A DNA stretch of 64,000 nt from Antedon mediterranea (lineage: Eukaryota; Animalia; Echinodermata). The stretch lies in the NCBI RefSeq assembly GCF_964355755.1, contig NC_092677.1, positions 4,176,101-4,240,100 of the forward strand, in the 5' to 3' direction. Of the stretch, positions 1 through 14,486 are shown one piece after another (positions within the stretch are counted from its first letter, which is position 1; the number at the start of each line of letters is the position of its first letter). A model generated the notes under the pieces. The model was not told the DNA's origin and ran no database searches. It worked only from the letters and a program-made list of their open reading frames with translations. A program made the position numbers and the translations under genes.

Positions 1-3000
1 TAACTCATCACAATCCTATACATGGCCAGCAGACAAATGTACTTTCATCTACACTAGATAACAGCCTACTTTCTTCCGTTTTGCCAAATGTAGAAAAATC
101 CTGGCTACCAGGCTTGTAAACTTTTCAGTATTTCACAAAAATCATTTTGAGCTTGTTGGGAACAAATTTGTAATTAAAATGGGGCAGAAAAAGTTGGTAC
201 AAAATAAAATTGTAGCAATTATTTACGAATATCCGTTGGTGAAACCTTTAAAATGTAGACCTATAGTAACTATCCTACTTGATTGCAATTTGAAGGTAAT
301 TAATTAAACATGTTTACTTTAATTAAAATTGAATTATTTTAAAAGTGATGGAATCATAATATTATTTTGTGATAAATAATTGTGTTATTTTTGTTCAATC
401 AATATGTAGAAACAAGGAGAATAAATGTATAGGTCCATAGAGAATTGTATTGTTAATTGATGAAAATGAGGCACAGCGAGTATAACGTTCTTGACTTTCA
501 GAATTCTACATGAACCATGCAGTTTGAATATTAATAAACATTTAATAAACAAAAAACAATTAAATTAGGATTAATAGACTCATGAGGTCAAGGTGAAATA
601 CCTTCAAGAAAGGCTGGCATCTTCTCAATTCAGTGTAATAATAATATTCAAGCATTTAATAATTTATTTGTAGAAATTTGTCAGTGAAGAGTTTTAATTG
701 ATTGAATCATGTGATGGGTTAACAAAGTTGTTGGTTATTTTAGTAATATAGTACCTGTCAGCAACCCATGCGCACACCTTGAAAAAGTTCCTAAATATCC
801 TAAATATTCCCTATCCCACTGCCATTAACATTTACTCATTTTTTTTTAGATCTTAGGAAGATTTTGTTTATGTTTATCTTGGTTGACTTGGTTGAACCAA
901 ATCCTGCACCAAAATTGTGTTCAACACTATTTTACAAGGGTTTTATGTCGAAGCTGGTCATTAGGGACCCTCAAAACAATACAATTTTAACAAATGATAC
1001 TAATGAAAAAAACACTTTGACAACAGCTATAATTACAATTTAAATATCTGTGCACATGTGTGAAGCAGTTTTCACCGGATAATAACACTTCAAATGTAGA
1101 ATCAAGGTTGTTTTAGGACAGTCGAGATATAATACAAATAAGTCAAAAAACTTACATAAACCTGAAATATTCCAATTGCCAGCTTCTTTTTACCAATGGC
1201 AATGTAGAGCAGGAAGTTGAAAAGTACATCCACTATGCCACTTCAAATCAATATTTTGCTACTCCTCCTCCTCCTCCAAAACGTTTTTTTCTCTTCTCTT
1301 CACAGTTTACGATTTCCAAAATAATAATAATTACGACTTATTGTTCTCAAGAAAGAAAATGCCATCTATCTAGCATCTTTTCCCTGGTCTATCCATCGCT
1401 GTTGTCAATTATTATATATCAGTAGAGAAGTACAGTTGTTGGCTCTCTCACAGGGCCACACATCTGAAGTAGGAAAAGCAAAATTCCTTTTGACACACTA
1501 TATGGTCTGTTCCATTTATCATGCAGGGGTGTACACTCACGATTCAAGTTTATTCTGAGAAAAAAAAATCAGTTTTAATACGCATTAGGTATAATCTTTA
1601 TAATCTTAATCTAAATTACAATGATAAACAAATGGTATCTCTACTTGATTTATAAACTATATATTTGTGTTGGAAAATTAACAATTATTAAGTGTGTACA
1701 TAAGGTGTTACTGTACTATTTACACTATCATCAAACGCTAGTATAAATTATACATTTTCAATTAAACTTAATAGTTTGAGAGAAACATGCAGGAGTAATT
1801 ATATAATTCTCAAAGGTACAATTGTAAGATCATAACAATATCAAGTTGATATCAGTAAGCTAATAACAATGTTGATAAAGTATAATTGATAATGTTCCAT
1901 AATATTGTATCGATAAAGAAAAGTTTAAAAAAAAATCATGTGAAAATGATTTACACTATATCGAACCATAATAATGTTTTACCCCCTTTGAGACATCCCT
2001 AAGCAGGGGCCGGGATCCCCCTATTGAGGGGGCATCTGTATAGTACTGTACTGGACATTTTCCTGTGAAAAAAAACAAGGGTATGTTTTACAACTGAAGT
2101 ATGAAAACCTATTCAGGGGACATCTGTTAAAGGAAGGCTCTGTTGGTCCGGAAGAACTGCCCTTAATATGGGTTTTACTGTATTTTGTTTACAAGACCAG
2201 TCAATTCTGGCTTATGAGGGAGCAAATTAATTACAGATAAAAAAACAAAATAACAAGGTTTAATAATCCTACAACACCAAATAAATAACAACCACACGTC
2301 AAGCAAAGAACTAATATAAATATGATAAAGAACAACTTTAAGAGATCCAATAAAACTAATGTAAATATGGTATTCTACCCAATATATTCAAATAATAAAA
2401 TTTATTACTATTATTATAATTAGTATATTCCTCAATATTACAATAAAAGACCGTGAACTCATTAAGAAATCTCCATCAATGAGCTTTATATAACATGTCC
2501 TCGACTGATAATTGGCATAATATGGTAATTTTAATCATTAAACCAAAGATCTATTACACAACGTTTATTTTGATTGGTAATTGGAATAATGGACAAATAT
2601 GGATATAGAGTCCTTGAACATTGTTATTAGTATTAGAAAAGATACTGACCGACACAACTACAAGTTCAACTCCTCTCTCAAAAAATCGCCAAGATTTATT
2701 ATTTAATTTTATGTATGGGCACGTTGCACGTTGTCAATAAGGAATCTCGTACAGTACTCCACCACTGCCCTGAAATACAAGGCGACGATCCATTCATAAG
2801 ACTTAATTTCATTCATTCACTTTCCACACATTGTACAAAATATAATACATTTTAGGAAAAAAAATAAGCTAACAAAAAATTTTTTTTTTTTTAAATTTTA
2901 AAGTTCTTATTATTCCAAAATACAATTTACAATGCATACTTTGTTAAAGTAGTCACATCAACCTTTAAAATGTAATTTACAGTGCTGGTTTCATGTTCAC

Positions 3001-4181
3001 TAACAAAAAAATGGCTCTAGTTAGTTAAATGGAATTGCTTCCTTGTTTCTTGGAAAAATTATAGAAACAGGAAAAGTACAAGATTATGTTGTGGTTTTAC
3101 AAAAAGGATATAGATTTTTTTTTTTTTTTTTTTGGTTAGGATATTGTAAATAAAATTAAAAATATTCACCTGTGAATTTTAGTTCGTTAATTAAAACATT
3201 TTAAAATTAACATTTACAATGTAGTATTTATTTTATTTTTAAATAGCAAAAACGTTTTAAGAGTGTGTTATAGCCACTCGAACAAGAATAAACTGTTTTG
3301 ATTTAATCACATTTGTTACTTTTTTAACCATTATTTCTTGCCGTTCTGTTTGTAACAAACAAAATTGATTTATAACAATCTTTTTACAAGTATAATGTAA
3401 TTATGTTTATCATCCTGCATACAATTGTCCAAAATTAATGAAAATGGTGGTTTACCACAAAAAAAATAAATAAAAATAAAAGTATTTTCAAATATCCAGA
3501 GGTTGTTTTAAATTTGTTAATAGGAGCATGTTGTTAAAATTATGCTGGGTTGAAGAAGATATAGACTTAATACGTTTAGTATGTTTTAACCTTTTGATAT
3601 TGTAACTTTTTTTATATGTCTTTTATGTGTTTTTTTTCTGTATTATGTTTTTATGTATGTTCTAATTGATTGTAACAAGGTGCTGAATCTCACATTTTAT
3701 ATTTAATACAGCAATATGTGACAATAAAGTTTATATATGTCTGTCTTTTCTAAGTGGGTATTTCCAAACTCCACATATCATTCATGCTATAAAAACTAAC
3801 TTAAACATAAAAAATAGGGCTAAAATATATTTTATTATTTTCACTTATTACATTATACAGAATCAGCATCAAAGAGGTGCCGACAAATGGCTGCTCTTTA
3901 AATAGGCACTTAGTGAAATAAGACATTCACAAGTATACAGTGTCTTTGCAGATAGACATACTATAATAATTGAACGGCTAATTATTGATCCTAGGGTCAA
4001 AACACTTTATAGATTCATCAGTCTTTGATAAATGCTTCTACTGCCTAGAGGCTCTATCCGGTTGAAGCAATATAGCAGTTCTATTTCATTAAGTATTGGA
4101 AAAAGGTTTTAATATTGAAGAAATGGTGAAAAGCTATCAATGTGAGGCACTCACATTCATGTTTTCAACATTAGACTTTAA

Positions 4182-4665
4182 AGCTCAGGTACAGGCATGA
4201 ATTTTAAATATAATATTTGGTTAATTGTACATAAATCAAATATTTGTAACAGAAATCAAGACGAAAAAACATGAATTTCTCTTAATATGGCCAAATACAA
4301 AATTTTGCAAAATTCTGCCATAAAAACCAGGAAGACCTTTTTTCAGTAGTTAGGTAGTTAACCTAATGTAATAACATGTCTTGTGACTCCCTAGAAGGTG
4401 AAAAAAGATGGTGGATATACGGTGGATAATTTTTGCTATAGCATGAAAATAAAAATTTGAAGTTGAATAAAAATTCCAGAAATGTAATATTCAAGTTATA
4501 TTACCTTTACTTTGTCATCTGATAAAATTTTTTACCACACTGTTTATTTTTCGTAGCTTTTTAAAATGCCTCTCTATTTACAAAATTATGAAACATAGGG
4601 GAAACTATAGATCGATAATTATTGGAATGTATGATCAATAGAAATTTTTTGCCCGCACCTGGCCT
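4182..4665. mobile_element. Non-autonomous DNA transposon, Kolobok-like (TTAA target duplication)
   Basis: TTAA on both sides (4178-4181, 4666-4669). Imperfect TIRs AGCTCAGGTACAGGCA / TGCCCGCACCTGGCCT. A second, inverted partial copy lies at about 44848-45180. Confidence 0.6.
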
Positions 4666-5143
4666 TTAAATATGATTTAAAATAGAATTATCGTAGTACT
4701 TGAATAAACAGGGATGTCTAGAAACTTCCAAGATTACCCCCTTTTATGGAAAACCAAGTTATAAATCCCATTCCAAACACCATCCATCTCAACCTGCAGA
4801 GGCATGGCCACCCCCACCTTTCCCCCAAAAAAGGTTCACTTTTATACGCTTACATATTCAAAGTATGTGCAATTTATGAATACCCAGCAGCTCTAGTTTT
4901 CAAAATGTTCTTGATCCACCCCAATCATGGTGGGCTGGTCCTGTTGACTTTCATATAACTACCATTTTCATAGCAGCTCTATTTTTCAAAATGTCCATAG
5001 GTCGTTTCACATTTACAATTTTTGTGCTCCCTCCCCCGCCCCCATCCCCACTCACCCGACAAAAACCAGAAGAGCTTGTCTGTTAAATCCTCTACAGTAA
5101 TTAAAACCTACCCACAGTTATATAACAGAGATATGTAACTTAA

Positions 5144-5769
5144 AGACCCCTTCCCTGCAATTTTGGACGTTTTTTGGAAAATTATACATATATATCACTT
5201 TAAAAACATTAAACCATGTCATTTCTTGTCTTAAATGTACGTTTTATGGTAAATTATAATAAAAAGTGAGAAACAATGCACTACCTAAGTAGCTCGCGGC
5301 GATCGACCTCTCGTGGACGGTCTTAGGCCTAGCCTAGCTAGGCTTAGTTTTGTAGGCCTAGCTGGTAAACATCGGTAACGTACGAACATCGTACGCGAGC
5401 TATATACCTAGCCTGACGTTGTATAGTTGCTGCATTAATTGTCTTTCTATTTTTGCCAGACTCCGTTGATACAAATTGGGGAAAACCCGGTATTTTCGCT
5501 GAAAAGTTAGGAGTCTTCCATTTGTTTTGGCCTCACGATCGATCGAAAAGTGGGCGAATTACAGGTGAAAAACAAAAATATCAATCCGCGCGCAATGCAT
5601 TTTGGGATTTATAGCGGGCCGCTATAATTATTAAAATCGACTTATTTTTCACATTTTTAACCGTTTAAAGACGAAAAAAGTTATCGCAATAGGACCATAT
5701 AGTATTATTTTTACATTAAATATAGTTTGTGATCTTAAATTAGATCTAAAAAACGTAGGGAATGGGGCT
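5144..5769. mobile_element. Non-autonomous DNA transposon, Kolobok-like (TTAA TSD, AG...CT ends)
   Basis: TTAA|AGACCCCTTCCCTGC ... GTAGGGAATGGGGCT|TTAA. The internal segment (about 5290-5495) recurs at about 16845-17145. Confidence 0.65.
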
Positions 5770-6769
5770 TTAAATATGGCTATGAATTTAATATAAAGTA
5801 CTTTGTACCAATATTTTTAAAATCATTGTATCAACTATAAATGCTTACGCAGATCGATATTCTACAAATATAAAATGCTATTTCCTACTAAGTCTGACAA
5901 GATGCATTGCATTGAAACACCTGGCGATATTGAAATCACATGACATTAACAAGATATTTGCATGCCAGTGTCATGGCAACCATACACCTGTACAGGTGAG
6001 ACAGGACTGATGACAATTAACCAACCTTGAGATAAAATACTAGCACAATTATAAAAACATACAATCAATAGTTAATAAATAATTATATGTTTTTACAGGA
6101 AATGAATACAGTATGAACTTTTTTTGTTTTCAGGGAAAAAATGACCTTTTCAAAATTTGATGTTTATTAATCTATATTTTTCATGCTTTGAGGGAAAATA
6201 CAATTTTATTCAAAAAAAAAAGAATAGGTTTCATTAAAAATAAATAAAAAATTTGTTAGGTTCAGGCCTCTTTATTTAAATATGTTTAAATACTTCCAGC
6301 CTTTTTTCCACTGATGGACACCCCACTGTTGTTCCTTTTCTTCTACACAATGTGCTTTAGAAGAAAAATAATTTAGAACAACTTAACCATCAACTTGAAC
6401 TGTACTTAATCTTTTCACATTGAGTAACCGATTACATAAGTCCAATCAAATACACCATCTGTGGCTACAGTAACTGCATTTGAGATGGACCACATGCTAT
6501 TGAAAATATGAAACACTTGTTTATGCATTACACCCCTGCTACTGCAGTGTAATAGTTGCTACACAAGACAAGTATGCTGTTAATTAATGGTATGTTGTAC
6601 ACTTAAGAGCATGGAACACGACACATGTCAATAATAAAATGAATATTTAATCTATTGCAACTACTGCACATTTTTCATGGGGAACTGTATAAAAGATCAC
6701 ACAAGGACTTAATTATTACTCTGATATGATTTAGATCAGCTTATAACTCTGCTCTAGCAGCTCTTCTTA

Positions 6770-6928
6770 AGCTTTGTTTATGCTATCAAATGTTGTGTGA
6801 CAAAATATGATGAGCCCATATATGAACATGATGTTGTCATATCACTACCATATGCGGACATATATCACCACCATATTTGGGCACATCATACTTTTTTGTC
6901 AAACTAGTTTCATAGTGTAGACAGAGCT
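6770..6928. mobile_element. Harbinger/PIF-like MITE family A copy
   Basis: TIR consensus AGCTCTGTCTACACTATCAAACT, internal CATATCACTACCATATTTGGG motif, TTA on both flanks. Confidence 0.8.
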
Positions 6929-8250
6929 TTAGAAACAATGCTAGTGCCGGAAAAATGCTGTACAGGCAACAGTGCTTTATGAGCAGGTTAGATAACTTAA
7001 TTGTTCTGTCGGAAGACCATACCATGAATACTGTATATTCATTCTCCGTATATTCCACAGTTGTGTGAGAAAAGAGATATTATGCAACATACAAAATAAC
7101 ACATCTTTAAATCTAATGTTAATTCACGTTATTAGACAACAAATTGATTGACTTTAGATTTATGACTCCATTGTCATTACAACTGGACCAAAGATAAATA
7201 TTTGTCTCCAGTGAAAAACACGACAGACAAGCTAATTGATTAAAGTGATCTACTCACTATGTCTATGGAGAGTTGTAGGTCGCAAAACAATTTGTCTTAT
7301 AAGGCAACCATAAAGTAATTAAAATAATAATTATGCTAATCCTTATTTATATTCATATACCTATACTCACAATGCATGTAATTATCTCAGATTTTTAAAG
7401 CCTTTAGAACTGTCACAGCATAGGCCAAGATGTATTTTTAGATGAAGAATTTTTAAAACACTTTTTGTACAAACTCATTTTTCCAGAATTTATAATTTTA
7501 TTTATTTTTTTTTATATGTATTATTTATTGAATAAACCTTAATGAACTCACACACTGCATATTTTGTTCAGGAAAAGTCAAACTCTCATTTGATTCTGAA
7601 TTGGAAACCTGGGGATATGGTGAGCCAATGAGCCGTAACGTTTATACACGATACCATAACAGGTTGAACGTTCATTTATTGTATGTTAGTAAAAGTTAGA
7701 TTTCCCTCTAAATTTACTGGATAAATTGAAATCCTAAAATTACATGGGATTTAAAGATATCTTGTTCCCAAAACATAAAAAAATGTGCATAAAATAACTT
7801 TAAATAGGTTTTTTTGTTAACGTTGTATCACGTTGTGTTCCGGGTGACTATTTTGTTTTTTCCTTCTTTACTTTTTTATTTGATAAATAGTTTTGGTAAA
7901 AGTGAAAATGTGATATTTAAATGGCCTATTTTACTTTTTTAAAGGGACAAAATAAAATTATTGTTTAAAAAATTAGCAAGTCAGTTGGTTAATTGTATTT
8001 TATAATTATTGTATTACAGTATTAGGAATACAGGGAAGTGAGTTACGGCATGTGATGCCTCGGGGTGTGGCGTGCTCATGTCTTAAAATCGTGTCAAAAC
8101 AAAGAAATACAACAAGGTCAAGTTAATGAAAGTATTCTGGTTTTGTTGAAGAGAAATAAATATATTGTAAACTCAGGTAGATAATACTTACTAGTAGTAG
8201 TGCACAGTTTTCTCAACTTACAATAAATAATAAATCTAGGCCCAAGTTGT

Positions 8251-8614
8251 AGTCTTGATGTCATTTTCAACAGACTTGATGAAACATTTCAGCAGTCTTG
8301 ATGAAAAATTTCAGCAGTAATGATGAAACATTTCAGCAGTCTTGATGAAACATTTCAGCAGTATTGATGAAACATTTCAGCAGTCTTGATGAAACATTTC
8401 AGCAGGATTAATGAACATTTCAGCAGTCTTGATGAAACATTTCAGCAGTCTTGATGAAACATTTCAGCAGTCTTGATAAACATTTCAGCAGTCTTGATAA
8501 ACATTTCAAGAGTCTTGATGAAACATTTCAAGAGTCTTGATGAAACATTTCAAGAGTCTTGATGAAACATTACAGCAGTCTCTATGAAACATTTCAGCAG
8601 TTTTGACGAAACAT
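8251..8614. repeat. 22-bp minisatellite, about 16 copies (GTCTTGATGAAACATTTCAGCA)
   Basis: Directly visible tandem units with few substitutions and 1-bp deletions; no spacers. Confidence 0.95.
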
Positions 8615-9809
8615 ACCTTTAGCTTTGGAGAGGCCTTTTTGAATACTTACTAAAACATCAGTTATATATCACATCTTTTTACAGAAATACTAAATATGCA
8701 AAGTAGCACCTGGATGATCAACAGTGTTACTTAAAATCGGTCATTAATCACCCAACCTTTGACCCCAATATTCACATTTCAAAAACTATGAATGTTTATT
8801 GGAAAATCTAAAAATATGATATGCAATCGTAGCATGAAGGAAATAAATCTAAAATTCTGTGAAAGCTATAGCCAAAGTTGTCACCAACTTTACATAGTTT
8901 ATGTCATTTTGAAACTAAATTGTAAAGACGTCTCATAACAAAAGTGAATACAATACTTTATGAAACATATTAACATTAATAAAGAGCATCTAATTGTGGA
9001 AAATTAAGTATACAATATAAGATGGAATAATTGTATAGTTGTGTCATTTAGATTCTTGGCAAGTTTAAAGAAATAGGCCTGGAACAATAAATTGGGGAAA
9101 AGAACACATTACTGGATGGAATATTTATTTAGGTTGTTTAATAAACAAATAAGAAAAATTAACTTTGGGGAAAAAACACATTTTTGGATTGAATATTTTT
9201 TTTAACCTTTTTGTATGCTATTATTTTATAGGCAAATGTGAATGTGACCCATTTCAATTTATTTATGACAAGTCACATCTACTTTTTAACCAAATCAAAA
9301 TAGTTGCAAGTGTTAAATTTTACATAAAAAAAGCAGCCTGGTTGATAGTAGTACATAGATGAATTAAGGATAAAATAAACAAGAAATATTTCTTACAAAA
9401 AACGCTGCTCACTTATTGAAAAATATTTTTTATTTCAAATGTTTTTGAATGTGTCATTTTATTGTCACATAATAGTTATTTTACCTGAAAAAAATGTAAT
9501 TTAAAGCAACAAATACTTAAATTGTCTGTCAGACAATGGTTTTTGGGTTTCTTTTCTTTTTTTATATGTGAATAAATATTATTTTTTTGTTACAGAAGTG
9601 AATACTCAATTTCTGTCACTTTAGTTAATTTTATTGCTAAGGTCAAATCTGGGGGTCACTTCATCACCCTAGATATTTCAATTGTGAAGTATCCTATTAC
9701 AAACACAAACTTTAATGGACTGTTTCGATAATAATTCAATGAATATCTGACAGTGAATATACCAGAAATGCTTAGGGATTTTTAATTTTAGCATGAAATG
9801 TCCTAATAC

Positions 9810-10030
9810 TCTTTCCCAGACGTTTTTTGGGTCTACTGTAGCAGCTGGAATCAATAAATTATAGTGGAGTTTCCATTTTCACAAAACTGTCTGTCCTTAG
9901 AACTATAACTGCTGCTTGCTTTAGCTTCTGATTGAGTAGTCCTAATGGGACGTAGCGGGCTAGAGCAGCAGCCTGAAAACATAGAATTATTATATTACCT
10001 AGTCTATGGAAAAACTGAGAGCAAACATAA
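9810..10030. repeat. Dispersed repeat fragment (paralog at about 43125-43310)
   Basis: Shared sequence AGACGTTTTTTGGGTC..GCAGCTGG..ATAAATTATAGT.GAGTTT..CAAAACTGTC..CCTTAGA at both sites. Confidence 0.75.
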
Positions 10031-10514
10031 AACACACGTCTCATTTATCTGGTAGCCTAGGGATTACCCATAAATCTCCAGGGACCCATGGGCGTCACAG
10101 TTGTATATAGGTAATTTCTAATGTCATACTGCCACAATGTTACATAATTTATATATATAATTTATATAACATCAAATGCTCTATTAGATATAATTACAGT
10201 AATTTGGAGTGAATGGATTGAACACTACGTGATTGCATTGACGTTAAGGTAACTACTGTAGCTCCAGGGATGAGAATATTATTCCAGGTGCCTAAAGGTT
10301 TTCTGTGACCTTACAAATGTATGTAGTTTGACTTTCATGATTACATTTGTAACTAAACCTAACACACTGAATTTAATAGGTTTTTTTCTGGTTATGTTAT
10401 AAGTTTATATGATGGGGATATATAAAGGTAATACACTGACAAAGTGGCTGTGTTGCTGTTGTTGTTGTTTTTTCTGGCTGCTTTACTTTTACTTTATTGT
10501 TTTGGTTTAGCTTT

Positions 10515-10845
10515 TTGCTTATTTTTTATCTCCATTGAGATCCATCCACTGCATGATACCAACAGCATTGTCATTTTTCCACGCTTATTTCATTTTTTAT
10601 CTCCATTGAGATCAAGCCACTGATACCCACAGCATTGTCATTTTTTCAGTGCTTATTTTATTTTGTATCTCCATTGAGATCCAGCCACTGATACCCACAG
10701 TATTGTCATTTTCATTGCATATTTTGTTTGTACCTCCATTGAGATCCAGCCACTGATACCCACAGCATTGTCATTTTGTCAGTGCTTATTTTATTTGTAT
10801 CTCCATTGAGATCCAGCCATTGGCAACCAAGGCACTGTCATTTGT
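10515..10845. repeat. Tandem repeat, about 66-70 bp unit, 5 copies
   Basis: Recurrent core TATCTCCATTGAGATCCAGCCACTGATACCCACAGCATTGTCATTTT starting near 10527, 10598, 10666, 10731 and 10798. Confidence 0.9.
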
Positions 10846-13498
10846 CCATAGATTTTATAGACCTTATATATATAAATTTATTTATTCAAAAGGAAAATTA
10901 CTGAAAACATTAAAAAAGCTAAAACAAAACAAAAAAGTACAAAAGTCAGAAAGAAATTACCAACCTTATTTATTCAACTAAGTGGTAGGTAGTCTAAAAC
11001 TCCAATAAAAACAATTGTAATGGTAACCAAAACTAAAAATTAATTTGGCAACCATTTTGGTAAATACAAAAAAATGTATACATACACCCAGACAGACACG
11101 AAACAAATATTAGACAAACACCACCCACACTGGGAATACTCCAGTATGGTTTCCATCTGGCAAAGATCTCAGAACAAAACACTTCTTCAAACAAACAGGT
11201 ATAGGCTACCTATAACCCTGATCTTATAAGCAGATGTACAGTGCTTGTAAACCCTGGGGCTAGGTGTATTTATAATTCAATTTTCATATTCAGTAAAATC
11301 TGTGTCAATGCACGCTGAGATTGAATAAGGAATGTATCTTCCTTTAAAAAGATAATACTGAAAGTTATCAAGAATCAGATAGACTTTCTTCATCAGTACA
11401 TCAATGAAGTAGCCTGGTTAGGTTTATCTAACTAATCTAATTTGCATGTTTAGGTGGCTCTAGTTATGATCGCCTGTAGTGGAACTCACCATCACGTACT
11501 AAAGTATATTTTAATAAATGAATTAAAGTATAATGGTAAAATACAATCATACACATTGTTCCTCGATTTATATTAAAATTTAATGGTAATAACATTTCAC
11601 ATAAGATTATATAGTTTTCATTTTAAGATATATTGAATTTTTTTTATTTTGAAAATATTTCATCCATATCAACAAACGTACAAACAGAAAAAGAAAGAAG
11701 AAAATTCCAAAATTCTAAAAATATATATATATTTAAACTATTTTCTAAATGGAGTTCAAAATTGAAAAAAAGTTGGGTGTCCCAACGGAAAGGTTCTTTG
11801 TATCGTTCCACATTTATTTTAATTAGAACAATATTTTATGAGGGTGGTCCATCCAGCTGAAGCTGATCATGGAACCTCAGAACAATACAGAGCAATTCAA
11901 ACAATTTATAACTATACATTTTACGCTCCTGATATTCTAATTGAACCTTTGCGTATCACCTCCAAACTTTGTACGTCTGTGTACAGGATCAGGGCAGCCT
12001 ACGATGTTCTGAGATAACTATTGGTAATTTTTTTTATCTTCTTTCTACGATCTACATAAATTTCAAAAAGAAAACCAGATTTTTTAGGTTAATCATGATG
12101 TTAATAGTTATTAGAATCCTTTGTTGAGCTAAAATTAGATGTTTGCTTATTTTCTTTATTGTAGCAAGGATTTGTTTCTCATCCTGCAGAATTCATACAA
12201 ATAATTGAAAAATATACTATGTGTTGGTTTTAACAATAGATAATTGTGCTTTTAAACAGTGTGATATTGAAGGATTAAAGATATACTGTAATTACTGTAT
12301 AGGGTTAATTAATCTATATTAATTGCACTGATTGTAACATCAAACCTTGCACAAACCATCCTCCTAGGATCTTTGGAAGGAAAACGAAAACGAGGCTGTC
12401 CCAGAATGACTTAAAGGGATAACATCAAGACATGGAACATGCCATTCTACCAGCTTCTAGACTCTGCCGAAAATGGAAGGACTTGGAGCACTGTATCTCA
12501 TCTACTATGGACTTCCTTTCTACCAAGCGTAAAAAATGACCCAAGAAACACTAGTTACCTAAAAGTATAGATATCTCTCCACCCCCCACTCGCTACCCCG
12601 ATACAAATCATATTCAACAATATTACAGTGGTTGATTGATTACATCAGAAATGGAGAATTTCCATTAAAACAACTCTCAATCAATCGGTTTCTGGAGATA
12701 CGTCACAATAATAGAAATTATAATAAAAATAATGAAGCTATATACTAAATGGTCCTTATATTGATTAAAGTAGCACAAAGCTGGTAAAAATGTTTTTACA
12801 ACATAATCAGACGGACGGAGACTAAAGGTCATTATTTTTGTAATACTATTAATAATTACTAATAATAATTTACGTTTCTGTGGAAACCATAGATGTACTA
12901 GGGCTACATAGATCGTCAACGATAGATGCGAAATGCAGTGGTGTAGCCACAAGAAATAGTGGTCCGGTTTTCACAAAAAAAGGGAACAATCTCTGTTCAA
13001 GCCACTGGATTGTCAAAGGCCTCTGAGAAAAAATTGGTCAGGTTGAAACAACTTTACCAACCGTACTGGTGGCTACGGCCCTGAAATTATTCACTAACAG
13101 TAAGGAGAGACCAGTAAAAATGGCCGTCACAGTTTAAATATTATTTAGTACAAGACAATAATCTAAAATAATATACTATATAAGAATATAAAAATCAGTT
13201 TACTGTAGCAAACGATGGTCAGACAGGTGATTTCTAACCATGCATTCCAATTTGCTGGTTTGCATTGTGGAAAATGCGTTGCCAAAGAGGGCCTAGTATT
13301 AGAGCTTAAATGGTAAATTTATTTCATAATCTATTTTTGTATATAAAAAAAAGAAAAAAATTGAAATAAATTGCACTTTTTAGCTGGAGACAGGATATCA
13401 CCTGAAACTTCCTCGATAATCAGGAGACTTGGGAGGTCTGTTGAAGCGAAATAATATTTTTAGCTTTAGTTATTTAAGGATCAATTCAAAAGAAGTTA

Positions 13499-13662
13499 AG
13501 CTCTGTCTCACTATCAAACTACTGTAGTTTGACAAATAATGTGATGTGCCTAAATATGGTAGTGATGTGTATAAATATGGTAGTCATATGACATCATCAT
13601 GTCCATATATGGGCACATCATATTTTTTTGTAACATAAACTATGATAGTGTAAGACAGAGCT
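13499..13662. mobile_element. MITE family A copy
   Basis: Both TIRs present with TTA flanks. Carries a CTGTA insertion at a TA (13520-13526) relative to other copies. Confidence 0.85.
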
Positions 13663-14325
13663 TTATTATAGTTGACCACAAACTTGCTCTGTAAAGCAGG
13701 TACGCTCAGGCTGCCGGCGACTCGACACACTTTCAATTTCATTATATCCATCAATGGAAGAAAAGAAATCAAACATGAAGAGAATTCAACCATACCTCAT
13801 GTCATGCCGACTACTATTGATTTCAGATATTATAATTGACAGACAAATGTGTGTCTTCTGTTGAACCCATGCAATGTATTGTACCGTCATGTTGTCTTTG
13901 ACAAAGTAGGATACGGGTATAGCTTAGGGATAAATGTTAGACCCTGTGCCGTCTATGTCAGTGGGAGTTGGTTATTATTACATTTGGTACCTCAAATATG
14001 CAAGAAAGCCCAATGTAGACAACACAGCAGATGCAACAGGTAGAAATGTATAAACTATAAGATAAGTTTATTGTATTATATAATAAGACAAGTTTTAAAT
14101 TAATTTAAATTATGGCCACTTCTCGTCAATTTTATTTATGTACAGTGCAGTACTTATATGCGCCATATAAGGCTCTGTCTACACTATTAGTTTATGTGAC
14201 AACAAAATGGATACTAACAAGTATGACTTGAAACCAGAAAAACCCCCTTGCACTTCATGGTATTATATTATTTCTAAGTTTATTAGCATATACATTTAAG
14301 TTCTGTGTACACAAGATGCTTATAC

Positions 14326-14486
14326 AGCTTTGTCTACAATATTAAACTTTGTGACAATAAAATGTGATGTGCCTATATATGGACATGATGATGTCATCAC
14401 TACCATATTTGAACGTACCGTATCACTACCCTATTTGGGCACATCACACTTTTATGTCAAACTAGTTTGATAGTGTAGACAGAGCT
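14326..14486. mobile_element. MITE family A copy (plus a 5' fragment at about 14170-14210)
   Basis: Both TIRs and the internal 21-bp motif are present. Confidence 0.8.

Noticed and set aside
1980-2182. Degenerate repeats with GGGGACA/CCTATT/AATAGAGG motifs (also about 17690-17980, 26530-26650, 49140-49280, 57945-58070)
   Set aside because: Probably an old Tc1/pogo-type MITE family, but too decayed to define boundaries by eye.
2200-3730. Possible decayed LINE ORF2 remnant
   Set aside because: A-rich with a tail-like 3' end, but no recognisable RT or endonuclease motif could be read.
8251-8614. CRISPR-like appearance of short repeats (also at 10.5, 39.6 and 43.6 kb)
   Set aside because: Units are head-to-tail without unique spacers, there are no cas genes, and the context is eukaryotic.
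12936-13083. hAT-like MITEs with CAGTGGTGTAGC...GCTACGGCCCTG ends (also about 26144-26286 and 56640-56810)
   Set aside because: Termini are suggestive but no 8-bp TSD could be verified, so they are not listed as features.
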